Origin: Candidatus Sumerlaeaceae bacterium
Lineage (GTDB): Bacteria; Sumerlaeota; Sumerlaeia; Sumerlaeales; Sumerlaeaceae
Assembly: GCA_051003195.1 (NCBI GenBank)
Contig: JBPCLP010000021.1
Location: 64,001 to 128,000, forward strand
Direction: 5' to 3'
Length of the DNA: 64,000 bases
Under the pieces are notes generated by a model, which worked only from the letters and a program-made list of their open reading frames with translations, had not been told where the DNA came from and did not search any database. The stretch's first letter is position 1. Each line of letters starts with the position of its first letter. The position numbers were made by a program, and so were the translations under genes. This document shows, piece after piece, positions 36,579-46,310 of this stretch.

Positions 36579-37429
36579 GGACGTGTCCTCTGATTCACGA
36601 GCTGTTGACCCCTCCGCCCAACATGCGCCCGCGTGATGGTTGTTCGCGCCAGGTTTGCGACGTAAATCCAGTCCATGTCTGGTCCGCCGAATGCCATGTT
36701 CGTTGGCGCTCCCAGCAGTATGGCCCATGGATCATGCGCGAACAGGAATTTGTCCCCGCCCGGCGTGACGCGGAATATCTCGTCCGATGCGTAACAGGAA
36801 ATGTACAGGTTGTCCTCAGTGTCGAGCGCCAGTCCATCGGGCAGGCGTCCCGCTTCTGTCACAAACACCTCCGGCACATCCACCGAGCCATCGTCCCCAA
36901 TGCGAAATCTCCACACGCTGTTCGTATCGCTTTCGACCATGTACAGCGTTCGTTCGTCTGCGCTGAGCGCGAGTCCATTTGCGTAGCCGATGGGCCCCGT
37001 CAGCACCTCACCCGCTCCATCAGGGCGGAACCGCAACAGGTGCCCGTTGCGATCCCGGAACTTGCCGCAGTCGGTCACGTAATAATTCCCCGCCCGATCG
37101 AACACACCAAAGTTGGGGCACACAATCTTATGATCGCCCGCAGCAGTTGCGAACACCTCATGCGCCCCACTCTTCTCCACCCTCACAATCCCCATCATCG
37201 GGCAGCAGGCGAACAGCACGTCCTCCGGAGAAAACGCAATACCGCCGACAAAGCCGTTTAGTGTCGTGACAATTTCCGCTTTCCCCGACTCACCAATCCG
37301 ATAAATCTGCCCCGCCTCGCCCCCGCACCAGAGCGTGCCATTGGAATCAAACGCCACACACTCCGGGTGATCGATTCCCATCGCGAACACCTCGAATCGT
37401 TCGATGGGAATTTCAGGTTCGACCGCCAT
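36575..37429 (-). CDS. SMP-30/gluconolactonase-family lactonase
   Basis: HPECVAF, CPNFGVFD, YANGLALS, PDGLALD, PTNMAFGG six-bladed propeller motifs. Confidence 0.88.
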   Translation of the reverse strand: MAVEPEIPIERFEVFAMGIDHPECVAFDSNGTLWCGGEAGQIYRIGESGKAEIVTTLNGFVGGIAFSPEDVLFACCPMMGIVRVEKSGAHEVFATAAGDHKIVCPNFGVFDRAGNYYVTDCGKFRDRNGHLLRFRPDGAGEVLTGPIGYANGLALSADERTLYMVESDTNSVWRFRIGDDGSVDVPEVFVTEAGRLPDGLALDTEDNLYISCYASDEIFRVTPGGDKFLFAHDPWAILLGAPTNMAFGGPDMDWIYVANLARTTITRAHVGRRGQQLVNQRTRP

Positions 37430-37431
37430 GG

Positions 37432-39018
37432 CTACACGTCGTCCCGGCTGTACTCGTTGTCGACCAGCCGCCAGATGCCGCGGGTGTTGGCGTTTTGCAA
37501 CTCGATGGATAGCAGCGAATCGGGGTACCCCTGGAAGCAGACCGGCCGCGCGAAGCGTTTGATGGCCTCCGTCCCCACGCTCGTTGTGCGCGAATCTGTC
37601 GTTGCCGGATAGGGGCCGCCATGCTGCATGGACGCGCACACTTCCACACCCGTGGGAAATCCATTGATGATCACGCGACCCGCTTTCTGCTGCAGGATTT
37701 CCAGCAGCGCACGGTTCGCCTGCAAGTCTTCCTCGGTTCCGTGGACCGTAGCGGTAAGCTGTCCGGGAAGTCGGCGTGCTGCTTCGAGCAACTGCTCGGA
37801 AGAGTCGCATGACACAACAACGCTCGAGGGCCCGAAGACCTCCTCGTGCAGTGCAGTTTCCTTCTGAAACGTATTTGCATCGGTTGCAAAAATCAGCGCG
37901 CCTGCGCGTCCTTTTCCGGCGTCGACGCCCGCGGCTTCACCCAGCACTTCCACACCTGCTATTCCACGAAGATGGTTCGCGCCCTCGTGCCAGCGACTGC
38001 AAACGATGTCGTAGAGCATTGTTCCCGGCGCGGCATCACACGCATGGCGCGCGGCTTCCCTGGCAAACGTCTGCAGTCCGTCGCCCGTTCCAAAGGCCAG
38101 GCCGGGGTTGGTGCAAAACTGACCAACACCCATGGTGACCGATTGAACAAACTGCTCGGCGAGTTGCGTAGCACGCTCGGCCAGCGCACCCGGAAGCAGA
38201 AACACCGGGTTCGTGCTGCCCATCTCTGCGTACACCGGAATCGGCTCCGGCCTTGCCGCCGCGGCATCGTAAATCGCGCGCCCGGCACGCAGGGAGCCTG
38301 TAAATCCGACGGCCTTTATAGACGGGTGCTGAATCAGTCGCAACCCGACTTCGGGGCCGGAGCCATGCACCATGGAAAACACACCAGCCGGCATTCCAGT
38401 GGCTTCGGCCGCGGTCATAATCGCCTGCGCCACCATTTCGGAAGTGCCGGGGTGCGCCGGGTGCGCCTTCACGACGACCGGACAACCGGCGGCCAGCGCG
38501 CTTGCCGTATCACCACCCGCGACCGAAAACGCGAGCGGGAAATTACTGGCACCAAACACCGCAACTGGGCCAAGTGGCACAAGCATGCGGCGCAGATCCG
38601 GTTTCGGCATCGGCTTGCGATCCGGTTGCGCACGATCAATATGTGCTTCGACCCAGGAGCCCTCACGCAACAAAGAGGCAAACATCTTAAGCTGCCCGAT
38701 GGTGCGCCCGCGCTCTCCCGTCAGGCGCGCTTCGGGAAGTGCCGTCTCCGCGTTCGCACGTTGAAGTAGAAGCTCTCCGAGTGTAGCAATCTGATCCGCG
38801 ATGCGGTCCAGAAACGTCGCGCGAGCTTCCGGGGCAGTCGAGCGATAGATTTCGAACGCCGCCTGCGCGGCGAGTGCCGCACGGTCGACTTCTTCGGCTG
38901 AAGCCTCGTGAAAATCGGGCGTAAGCGGCATCCTGTCCACGCGGCTTGAAACCGCGAACCTGCTTCCGCTGCCGGATGTCCATTGTCCCGCAACAAGACT
39001 CGTTCCGTGTAGTTGCAA
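37432..39018 (-). CDS. NADP-dependent aldehyde dehydrogenase (alpha-ketoglutaric semialdehyde dehydrogenase-like)
   Basis: FGASNFPLAFSVAGGDTASALAAGCP, FTGS, AEMGSTNP, GQFCTNPG, EVFGP, HGGPYPATTD; TTG start with AGGAG 7 nt upstream. Confidence 0.88.
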   Translation of the reverse strand: MQLHGTSLVAGQWTSGSGSRFAVSSRVDRMPLTPDFHEASAEEVDRAALAAQAAFEIYRSTAPEARATFLDRIADQIATLGELLLQRANAETALPEARLTGERGRTIGQLKMFASLLREGSWVEAHIDRAQPDRKPMPKPDLRRMLVPLGPVAVFGASNFPLAFSVAGGDTASALAAGCPVVVKAHPAHPGTSEMVAQAIMTAAEATGMPAGVFSMVHGSGPEVGLRLIQHPSIKAVGFTGSLRAGRAIYDAAAARPEPIPVYAEMGSTNPVFLLPGALAERATQLAEQFVQSVTMGVGQFCTNPGLAFGTGDGLQTFAREAARHACDAAPGTMLYDIVCSRWHEGANHLRGIAGVEVLGEAAGVDAGKGRAGALIFATDANTFQKETALHEEVFGPSSVVVSCDSSEQLLEAARRLPGQLTATVHGTEEDLQANRALLEILQQKAGRVIINGFPTGVEVCASMQHGGPYPATTDSRTTSVGTEAIKRFARPVCFQGYPDSLLSIELQNANTRGIWRLVDNEYSRDDV

Positions 39019-39218
39019 TTTGTGACTCCTCGATGAAACCTGACTGCGGCGGTTCCACAAAAAGGAAACGCTTGGCACAACGTAAAACAGCGCACCGCAG
39101 CCGCCCACAGCGTATGAAACTTGCGCGTCAGACCTGTCGGCGCTGCAGCGTTCCCAGGACAAAGCAATAGTTGTCAGGGGGAGAGAGCAGTGCTTGACCC
39201 CGGAACCGCCTCGCGCAA

Positions 39219-40037
39219 ATGTTGAGAATGAGTAATTTTACTATCTGCAACCGGGTGGTTGGCCGCGCCGCGTTTCTGATTATGTGCATCCTGTTGGCGC
39301 AGTTGAATAGCCTGACCTTGGCACAAGCCATTTCCACCGCGGACCTTGAACGCATTGGCAGGCGCATCTGGCAGAACGAATGCAACGGCAGCGTACGCGG
39401 ACTGACGAGCTGGAACAGCGGCGAGGATTTCGCATCGCTGGGAATCGGCCACTTCATCTGGTATCCCGCCGGGCAGTCAGGTCCTTTTGAAGAGAGCTTT
39501 CCAAGGTTGCTCGAGTACTATCGGCAGGCCGGAGTAACCATGCCCGCGTGGCTGCAGCAGACGCGGGGTAGTCCATGGACCGATCGAGCCTCGTTCCAAA
39601 GGGATCATGCATCGGTGCGGCAGCAGGAGTTGCGCGATCTGCTCGCCCGCACAGTAGCAGCGCAGACACAATTTATCATTGCACGGCTGGATGCTGCAGT
39701 TCCGCGCATGCAGGCTGCTGCCGGCCGCTCCTCCGCACATGTCGCAAAGAACATGCAGCTGCTTCGCACCAGCGCTGCGGGTAATTTCGCAATGATCGAC
39801 TACGTGAACTTTAAAGGGGAGGGGCTTCAGCCGAGCGAACGTTACAATGGCGAAGGCTGGGGTTTGCTGCAGGTGCTGATGGAAATGCAGCCATGCGATG
39901 CATCCAGTGCACCGCGAGCATTTGCGAATGCTGCGAAGCGAGTGCTGGCGAGACGGGTGAAGAACAGCCCGCCTGCGCGCAAAGAGCAGCAGTGGCTGCA
40001 GGGGTGGTCGAACCGATGCGAAACCTACGCACGATGA
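39219..40037 (+). CDS. Secreted hypothetical protein with a lysozyme-like motif
   Basis: Signal peptide; IWQNE...WNSGEDFASLGIGHFIWYP; DYVNFKGEG; WGLLQVL. Confidence 0.75.
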   Translation: MLRMSNFTICNRVVGRAAFLIMCILLAQLNSLTLAQAISTADLERIGRRIWQNECNGSVRGLTSWNSGEDFASLGIGHFIWYPAGQSGPFEESFPRLLEYYRQAGVTMPAWLQQTRGSPWTDRASFQRDHASVRQQELRDLLARTVAAQTQFIIARLDAAVPRMQAAAGRSSAHVAKNMQLLRTSAAGNFAMIDYVNFKGEGLQPSERYNGEGWGLLQVLMEMQPCDASSAPRAFANAAKRVLARRVKNSPPARKEQQWLQGWSNRCETYAR

Positions 40038-40069
40038 AGGCGTAGCGCTTGTCGTAAGATGCGCAGGTG

Positions 40070-41692
40070 TTACGGAACGTCGGGCGCGGCTGTTTCCTGC
40101 AGTTCCATCACGGCTTTCAACTGACGCAATCGCCCGCTAAGCGCGGCGGTATCCACATCCTGTACGGCGCAGTTGTTTCGATTGGCCAGCACCGCGGCCA
40201 CGCCGGCAGCCTGCCCGATGATCATGTACTGCGGTTCCATGCGCAACGTACTGTAAGCTACATGGCTGGCAGAAAAGCAGACGGGAACGAGCAGGTTCGC
40301 TGCCTCGCCCCGCTTCGGCGTAATCATTCGGTAGGGTATCTGGTACGGTTTGACGCCGACCTGCATGTCTCCTTCGTTTGCTGCGAAGCCAGACGCGTTC
40401 TCGATGCGCTGTACGTTATGGCTGTCGCTGTTATAGCTTCCCATCCCAATCACATCCGGCTTGGTGAGCGACGTCTGTATATCGCGCTGCGACATCACGT
40501 ACTCGCCGACCATGCGGCGCGCTTCGCGAACGTAGAGCTGGCGCGGCCAGTGGCCAGTTTCGGGGAACTCATCCGCCGCGAGTCCCCACGTTGTCAGCTC
40601 ATCCCGCAGTTCTGCTGGAATGCGGTCGTCATTCGCGAGAAAGTACATGAATCCAGCGACGTAGTTGAAATGTTCCTGCCAGATTTGTTCGCGCTGCGCA
40701 TAGCTCGCGTCGGGATAATTCCAGCTCCCGCCGATGTAGTCGGTCGAGAATGCACCATTATTATTGGTGTCGGTTTTGTGCTTCTGAATTGGCCCGGGAT
40801 GTATTAGATCCTTAACGGTCGGAGTCGTGCCTTTTTCGTCGATTGTCGCCTCAATCAGTCGCAGGAGCAGCTTGTATCGATCAGGGCTGTAGTCGGGCGG
40901 TTTCGGGAACGGAACGCTGTTACGCGCTTCGCCCGTCATACAAAGGCGGAAGTTATACGCCTGGACCTTGTTGTCCGCAGCGCCGGGTACTCCCTTTGAA
41001 CCTGCCTGTATTTCTGGCAGCAGTTTCCCGTTCTCGTCGCGCGCCTTCACTTTCACTTTAAATTGATGCTTCGGCGTTTTTTCGCGAACTCCAGCGAGTG
41101 ATTCGCCGTAATGATCGCGGCCCTCGCGGCCAAAGGTGTAACTCACGCCGGCTTTTGCCATGAGATCGCCCTCATAAGTGCAGTCGGCGAAAACTTGTGC
41201 CGTGAACACTACGCCGTTTTCCATTTTTATCGACGTGATGCGCCCGGCGGCGGTGGTCACGCCGTCGTTTTCGAGGAGCCGGTGTTGCAGGAATACCGAA
41301 ACGTGAGCTTCCTTGAGCATTGTGTTCAGCACCTGCTCGGCAACATGCGGTTCCGGATACCACTCGATCAGTTGCCCGTAACGTTTACCAAGCTCTTTGT
41401 AAAATTCCCGAGCCAACCCTCCGATGCAGTCCTGGTTACCGAAATCCGTGCGGCTGAGGCCGCCTGTCACCATTCCGCCGACGTGCTTCGTTGGCTCGAG
41501 CAGCGCAACTTTGCCGCCTTCGCGTGCGACTGTAATGGCCATCGCGACACCACTTGCTGTGGCGCCGTAGATCACGACGTCGTAGTTTCTGGCCGAGGAG
41601 GTTTTTGGTTCGGTCGCGGCAATGCGCGCAGTGAGAATAGCTACGACCAGTAGAACAAGCCTGGGCACGCGCGAGCTTAGAAGCAGTGGCAT
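40070..41692 (-). CDS. Secreted FAD-dependent oxidoreductase (FAD_oxidored family)
   Basis: Signal peptide; DVVIYGATASG, GGMVTGGL, DCTYEGDL, YVREARR, RMEPQYM. Confidence 0.85.
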   Translation of the reverse strand: MPLLLSSRVPRLVLLVVAILTARIAATEPKTSSARNYDVVIYGATASGVAMAITVAREGGKVALLEPTKHVGGMVTGGLSRTDFGNQDCIGGLAREFYKELGKRYGQLIEWYPEPHVAEQVLNTMLKEAHVSVFLQHRLLENDGVTTAAGRITSIKMENGVVFTAQVFADCTYEGDLMAKAGVSYTFGREGRDHYGESLAGVREKTPKHQFKVKVKARDENGKLLPEIQAGSKGVPGAADNKVQAYNFRLCMTGEARNSVPFPKPPDYSPDRYKLLLRLIEATIDEKGTTPTVKDLIHPGPIQKHKTDTNNNGAFSTDYIGGSWNYPDASYAQREQIWQEHFNYVAGFMYFLANDDRIPAELRDELTTWGLAADEFPETGHWPRQLYVREARRMVGEYVMSQRDIQTSLTKPDVIGMGSYNSDSHNVQRIENASGFAANEGDMQVGVKPYQIPYRMITPKRGEAANLLVPVCFSASHVAYSTLRMEPQYMIIGQAAGVAAVLANRNNCAVQDVDTAALSGRLRQLKAVMELQETAAPDVP

Positions 41693-41693
41693 G

Positions 41694-43643
41694 TTACTGC
41701 TTACCGGCTGGATCGAGTTGATAGCTGCATAAATGCGATCCGGTGGCGAAGTAGATTCTGCCGTTGATGTAATCGCCGCCTGCATTGATCGGTACTGGGG
41801 ATTTTTCGAGAAGCGTAAGCTTGTGGGTGGCCGTATTAAGTGACGCGATCCCGCTCACGAAAAGGACATATATGGAATTCTGCGGACCGGTAATGAAAAT
41901 TCGCGGGCCCTGCTCTGAGGGCGTAAGGCCAAAGTCCTTTTGCACGTCCTGCTGATGAACGACCGAGCGAGTTGTGGGATCGAATACATAGAAGAGTTTG
42001 CGATCTGCGAAGCCGTAGATCAGCCCACCCGGGCCATGACACATATCCGTGTAGGATTGTGCGCCGGAAAACACCGGTGCATGCCATTCCACCTTTTTTG
42101 ACGGTGCATCGAGCAGGTACATTTCCGCCTGTTTGGCTTTCTTCTCACCCCCCGTGCCGGGCTGGGTAGTGGTTCCTCCCAGCAATTTCCCATTCGGCAG
42201 GTCGATAAGACTCATTGTGGACTGATCGGGAATAAGGTCCGTATCCTTCAGCAGCACCTGCGAGCTCGTCTGCCGGTCCCAGAAAAGCAGTCCGCCGCCG
42301 GTGTAGCCGTATTGCGGTGTGCCACCCATGACCACCGTCTTACCGTCGGGAAGCGGAAGCAGCCGGTGCGGGCGATGGATGACCGGGCTGACCTGCGTTA
42401 GAAATGTTGGATTCGTCGCGATCCCTTTTTCAGTATTTATCCAGGGTTTCGCCGGGTCCCATTCCAACAGGAAGCCGTACGGGTATCCACCTACGAAGAA
42501 GTGGTCCCCGCGACGTGCCACCGTATTCCATTGCCCGTACGCCTGCCGATTAATGAGTTGATCGGCAGCAGTATCGAGGCTGAAGAACCGCATGGGGAAC
42601 GCGGTGCCGCCGCAGATCGTGCCATCGGGCGCGGCCGCCATACCCATGATAACCGCGCCTTCGCTGGTATAATCGAACGGCAGTTTTCTGACGTCAGACG
42701 TTCCGCGGTCCTGAATCAGAAGCTGGCGATTCACGAGATCCAGGTTCTCGAGGCGTGCTCCATCGGGAAACGTCGCATGCGTCAGCGCCTGGCTGCCCGT
42801 GATGTTTCGCTTCGGGCGTAACGGCTCGTGCTTACCAATCTTCTTCCCGGCGCCTTTGTACAACTCGTACCACTCCGTGTCGCTGCGATGCGCCTGCCCG
42901 TATACCTTGCCATCCAAATTGCGATATAGATGCGCGGAGCCCTTCTTACGCTCGCTTTCGGCCAGCATGGGTGTGGCCTTGCTTGTGACCGGATCGAACG
43001 CGACGATCTGGCTGGCGGTTTCGCCCAGCGCAAAGTAGATCCACCCCGCATCGTCTGCCGCGACGTGCCGCTGATACTGCTGCCAGTTCTGCGGGTAAAC
43101 GTGGCCGTAGTCGCGCAGCTGCCGAGTTTTTGGATCGAATGCGACTACCCCACTATTCGGATAGGTGACCGACCATATAACACCTTTGTCATCCTCCGTC
43201 ATGCCCATGGCCATCTGCGGCTGTGTTTTACTCGAGAAAGTGAACGCACGTTTGGCAGGATCGAACTCGACGAAATTGTCGCCGAAGTGCGTGTAAAACC
43301 GATTCCCGCTGGACAGAATGGAAGCAAAGGGCGAGTCGCCCTTTGAATTGGAAAACGGCAGAGGGAACTCCTCGGCCTTGCCTGTCTGCGCGTCCACAAG
43401 CAGCAGTTCGTATCCCCCGCGATGATCCATCAACCACGCCAGCACAACGGGGTGCCCGGCGGAGTCTGTGGTGGCGACGATGCCGCGATGGTTACTGATC
43501 GGAACAGCGACACCGTGATCGCGAAAGCCGTTACCGAGATCTTTAGATGCAGTTGCGGGCGAAGCGGCCGTCTGAAGAATGGCAACAAGGGTGGCGGTAA
43601 TTGCCAGGTGCAGCACACGGGGATACATCCGGTATGGTCTCAA
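41694..43643 (-). CDS. Secreted beta-propeller-like hypothetical protein
   Basis: Signal peptide; repeated DGxxY/W-G and FDP turns; AGGAG 5 nt upstream of the TTG start. Confidence 0.7.
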   Translation of the reverse strand: MRPYRMYPRVLHLAITATLVAILQTAASPATASKDLGNGFRDHGVAVPISNHRGIVATTDSAGHPVVLAWLMDHRGGYELLLVDAQTGKAEEFPLPFSNSKGDSPFASILSSGNRFYTHFGDNFVEFDPAKRAFTFSSKTQPQMAMGMTEDDKGVIWSVTYPNSGVVAFDPKTRQLRDYGHVYPQNWQQYQRHVAADDAGWIYFALGETASQIVAFDPVTSKATPMLAESERKKGSAHLYRNLDGKVYGQAHRSDTEWYELYKGAGKKIGKHEPLRPKRNITGSQALTHATFPDGARLENLDLVNRQLLIQDRGTSDVRKLPFDYTSEGAVIMGMAAAPDGTICGGTAFPMRFFSLDTAADQLINRQAYGQWNTVARRGDHFFVGGYPYGFLLEWDPAKPWINTEKGIATNPTFLTQVSPVIHRPHRLLPLPDGKTVVMGGTPQYGYTGGGLLFWDRQTSSQVLLKDTDLIPDQSTMSLIDLPNGKLLGGTTTQPGTGGEKKAKQAEMYLLDAPSKKVEWHAPVFSGAQSYTDMCHGPGGLIYGFADRKLFYVFDPTTRSVVHQQDVQKDFGLTPSEQGPRIFITGPQNSIYVLFVSGIASLNTATHKLTLLEKSPVPINAGGDYINGRIYFATGSHLCSYQLDPAGKQ

Positions 43644-43925
43644 CAGTGCTCCTGAAAATTAAGGTGACGAATGCTGCCTGATTTGTGAAACTTGATACTT
43701 GGAAGCGATTCTCTTCCCGAGAGCGCAAGCATGTTCGCACTGAACAGGTCTATTTTCGCGCCATTCTAAGCTTGATAAGGTTCTGGCGCACGCTTACCGC
43801 CATTCGGACACTGCGCATGCGGCGTTGTGCGTTGGAATTGCGTTCAGGCTCCACGCATCCAGCAACGTAGAATCTTGAACTACTCTCAGTAAGACGCATC
43901 GCCACCAGGAGGCTGGTACTACGAC

Positions 43926-45041
43926 ATGGCAACTTCGATCCCAGGTGAATTGAACCCGACACCGCGAATCCTGATGGGCCCCGGTCCCAGCGATGTGCAT
44001 CCACGGATTTTGCGCGCGATGGCTACGCCGCTGCTTGGCCACCTGGATCCAGAATTCATCGTGATCATGGATGAAGTTAAGGCGATGCTGCAGCAGGTTT
44101 TCCGCACGAAGAACGCGCTGACGTTTCCTGTTTCTGCGACAGGCAGCGCGGGGATGGAGACGTGCCTGGTGAACCTGCTGGAGCCGGGCGACGAGGCGGT
44201 CGTGTGCGTGAGTGGCGTGTTCGGCACACGCATGTGCGATATCGTGGAGCGGTGCGGCGCGAAGCTTGTTCGCGTCGATGCGCAATGGGGAACCGCTATT
44301 GATCCCTCACAGGTGAAGCAGGCGTTGGGGCGCTGCAAACCGAAACTTCTGGCAATCGTGCACGCAGAAACTTCAACCGGCGTGCTTCAGCCAGTTGAGG
44401 AAATCAGCAAGCTGGTGCATGATGCCGGTGCGCTGTTCGTGCTGGATGCCGTGACGTCGGTTGGCGGAGTGGATGTGCGCATCGACGACTGGGGTGTCGA
44501 CGCGGTGTACAGCGGAACGCAGAAGTGCCTTGGTGCACCTCCGGGGCTGTCGCCGGTGTCGTTCAGCGAGCGCGCTGTCGAGGTGATCAGCAACCGCAAG
44601 ACGAAAGTGCAGAGCTGGTACCTGGACATGAACATGGTGAAAAACTACTGGGGAAATAATCGGGCTTACCATCATACGGCGCCGATCACCTCGGTGTATG
44701 CGTTGCGTGAAGCGCTTCGGATTGTATTGGAAGAGGGCTTGGAGAATCGCTTTGCGCGGCATCGTCGCAATCACGAACTGCTGTGCGCCGGACTGCAGGA
44801 GATTGGATTCGAGTATGTGGTCGCACCGGAGATTCGCCTGCCGCAATTGAATGCAGTCAGGATTCCAGCGGGGCTGGAAGATTTGCCAGGTCGGCAGAAA
44901 CTGCTGCGCGAGTACAACATTGAAATTGGCGGAGGGCTGGGGGATTTCGCGGGCAAAGTTTGGCGCATCGGGTTGATGGGCTCCGGCGCGACTGCAAATA
45001 ACGTGAACGTGTTACTGGCGGCATTGAAGCAGCTGAAATGA
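43926..45041 (+). CDS. Class V PLP aminotransferase (alanine/serine-glyoxylate aminotransferase family)
   Basis: [25 protein letters not shown] (PLP lysine), YHHT, WRIGLMG. Confidence 0.92.
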   Translation: MATSIPGELNPTPRILMGPGPSDVHPRILRAMATPLLGHLDPEFIVIMDEVKAMLQQVFRTKNALTFPVSATGSAGMETCLVNLLEPGDEAVVCVSGVFGTRMCDIVERCGAKLVRVDAQWGTAIDPSQVKQALGRCKPKLLAIVHAETSTGVLQPVEEISKLVHDAGALFVLDAVTSVGGVDVRIDDWGVDAVYSGTQKCLGAPPGLSPVSFSERAVEVISNRKTKVQSWYLDMNMVKNYWGNNRAYHHTAPITSVYALREALRIVLEEGLENRFARHRRNHELLCAGLQEIGFEYVVAPEIRLPQLNAVRIPAGLEDLPGRQKLLREYNIEIGGGLGDFAGKVWRIGLMGSGATANNVNVLLAALKQLK

Positions 45042-45065
45042 TAGTGGAGAAGGGAATACTGACTG

Positions 45066-45458
45066 TCACCAGATCGTTTTTACGTGAGTGTACCCCTGAA
45101 TCGATTCATCTGCTGTGACGATTGTGCACTCTTTCACCCGCGCGGTTGCTGTGATGATACGGTCAGCCGGCTCGAAATGAAAGCCACCGGGTAGCTGTGC
45201 GGCTTCTTTTGCAATCTCCTCATCAACAGCAATAACCCTGATTCCGGCGGCGATGGTTGCACGCTTCACCCAATCATCGAAAGGTATTGTTAGTTTGATT
45301 CGGCCTTTTGCGACCAACGTCCCAAGCTCAACGATCGAAATACTCGAAACGATGAGATCGACAGTCTTCGCCTCGAGATGCCGCTTAGTTTTGGCTGGCA
45401 ACCTGGAGGAATCAATGCTCCACCAAACCCACGCCTGGGTATCCAGCAGATATGTCAC
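45066..45458 (-). CDS. vapC: VapC-family PIN-domain toxin
   Basis: LLDT, SSISIVE, EPADRIITATA, IVTAD; GTGA overlap with the antitoxin. Confidence 0.9.
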   Translation of the reverse strand: MTYLLDTQAWVWWSIDSSRLPAKTKRHLEAKTVDLIVSSISIVELGTLVAKGRIKLTIPFDDWVKRATIAAGIRVIAVDEEIAKEAAQLPGGFHFEPADRIITATARVKECTIVTADESIQGYTHVKTIW

Positions 45459-45709
45459 TTGCGAGGGGTCTTGCGGCGATTCGGCTCGAGCGATTCCCAC
45501 TCCGGAAATACTGGCGACACTATGTCGCCGACAATTTGCGCGGTGCCGGCAAGGTGTCCAGGTTTCGCCTTGGTTGTTGGACGTGCCGGATTTATTTCGA
45601 CTAACGGTTCACCACGCCTGGTTACGAGGACTGGTTCACCAGAACCTGAAATCTCTTTCATAATCTGGAGCGCGTGAGCCTTAAACTGCGTGGCGTTATA
45701 AGTCTTCAT
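45455..45709 (-). CDS. Phd/YefM-family antitoxin
   Basis: MKTYNATQFKAH...GEPVLVTRRGEP. Confidence 0.88.
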   Translation of the reverse strand: MKTYNATQFKAHALQIMKEISGSGEPVLVTRRGEPLVEINPARPTTKAKPGHLAGTAQIVGDIVSPVFPEWESLEPNRRKTPRK

Positions 45710-45789
45710 GTTTCTGACTACTTGAACTGACCACTTATATTTTTGGTGTAATTGACGGCGCTTCGATACTTCGGGCACCGCCGACAGTA

Positions 45790-46302
45790 TTAGAACTGAT
45801 CGGTGTCGGACGTCTGAAGCACGAAGTGATAGTTATATGTGCCGAGTAACTGCTTCACTTCCGTGGAAGCGTCATCCATCAGTGCGGCAATCCCCGCAAT
45901 TGTTCCCCCGCATCGCTCCAAGAGCGAGATCGAAGCCTTAATGGTCTCGCCCGTTTCTATCCAGTCATCGACGATGATCACACGATCCCCCTGCACCAAG
46001 GCATCCTGGTGGACCGCCAGTGATTTTGCCGTGCCGGAGTAATCTATAAACGATGCCGAGTATACTGACTGCTGGAGCTTGCCGGGATAGCGAATAGGAA
46101 TGATTCCGAGGCTAAGCTCGCAGGCGACGGCTGTGCCGAAAATAAATCCCCGGCCTTCAATACACGCGACTTTGGTCGCGCCACTGTTGAGGAATGGTTG
46201 TGCCAGTAGCTGAATGGAACGTCGAAAGGCCACCGCGTCAGCAAGAAGCGGTGTGAGATCTGAGCATGTAGATCCGGCTCTTATGAACTGTTTCAGGTTC
46301 AA
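45790..46302 (-). CDS. apt: Adenine phosphoribosyltransferase-like type I PRTase
   Basis: DLTPLL, IEGRGFIFG, PGKL, PRPP motif VIIVDDWIETGET. Confidence 0.75.
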   Translation of the reverse strand: MNLKQFIRAGSTCSDLTPLLADAVAFRRSIQLLAQPFLNSGATKVACIEGRGFIFGTAVACELSLGIIPIRYPGKLQQSVYSASFIDYSGTAKSLAVHQDALVQGDRVIIVDDWIETGETIKASISLLERCGGTIAGIAALMDDASTEVKQLLGTYNYHFVLQTSDTDQF

Positions 46303-46310
46303 TGCGTGTT

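Noticed and set aside
36579..39162. Extended N-termini of the SDR (36728), lactonase (37810) and aldehyde dehydrogenase (39162) in the ORF track
   Set aside because: Downstream starts with an RBS or stop/start overlap fit better, and the SDR and lactonase extensions overlap neighbouring genes.
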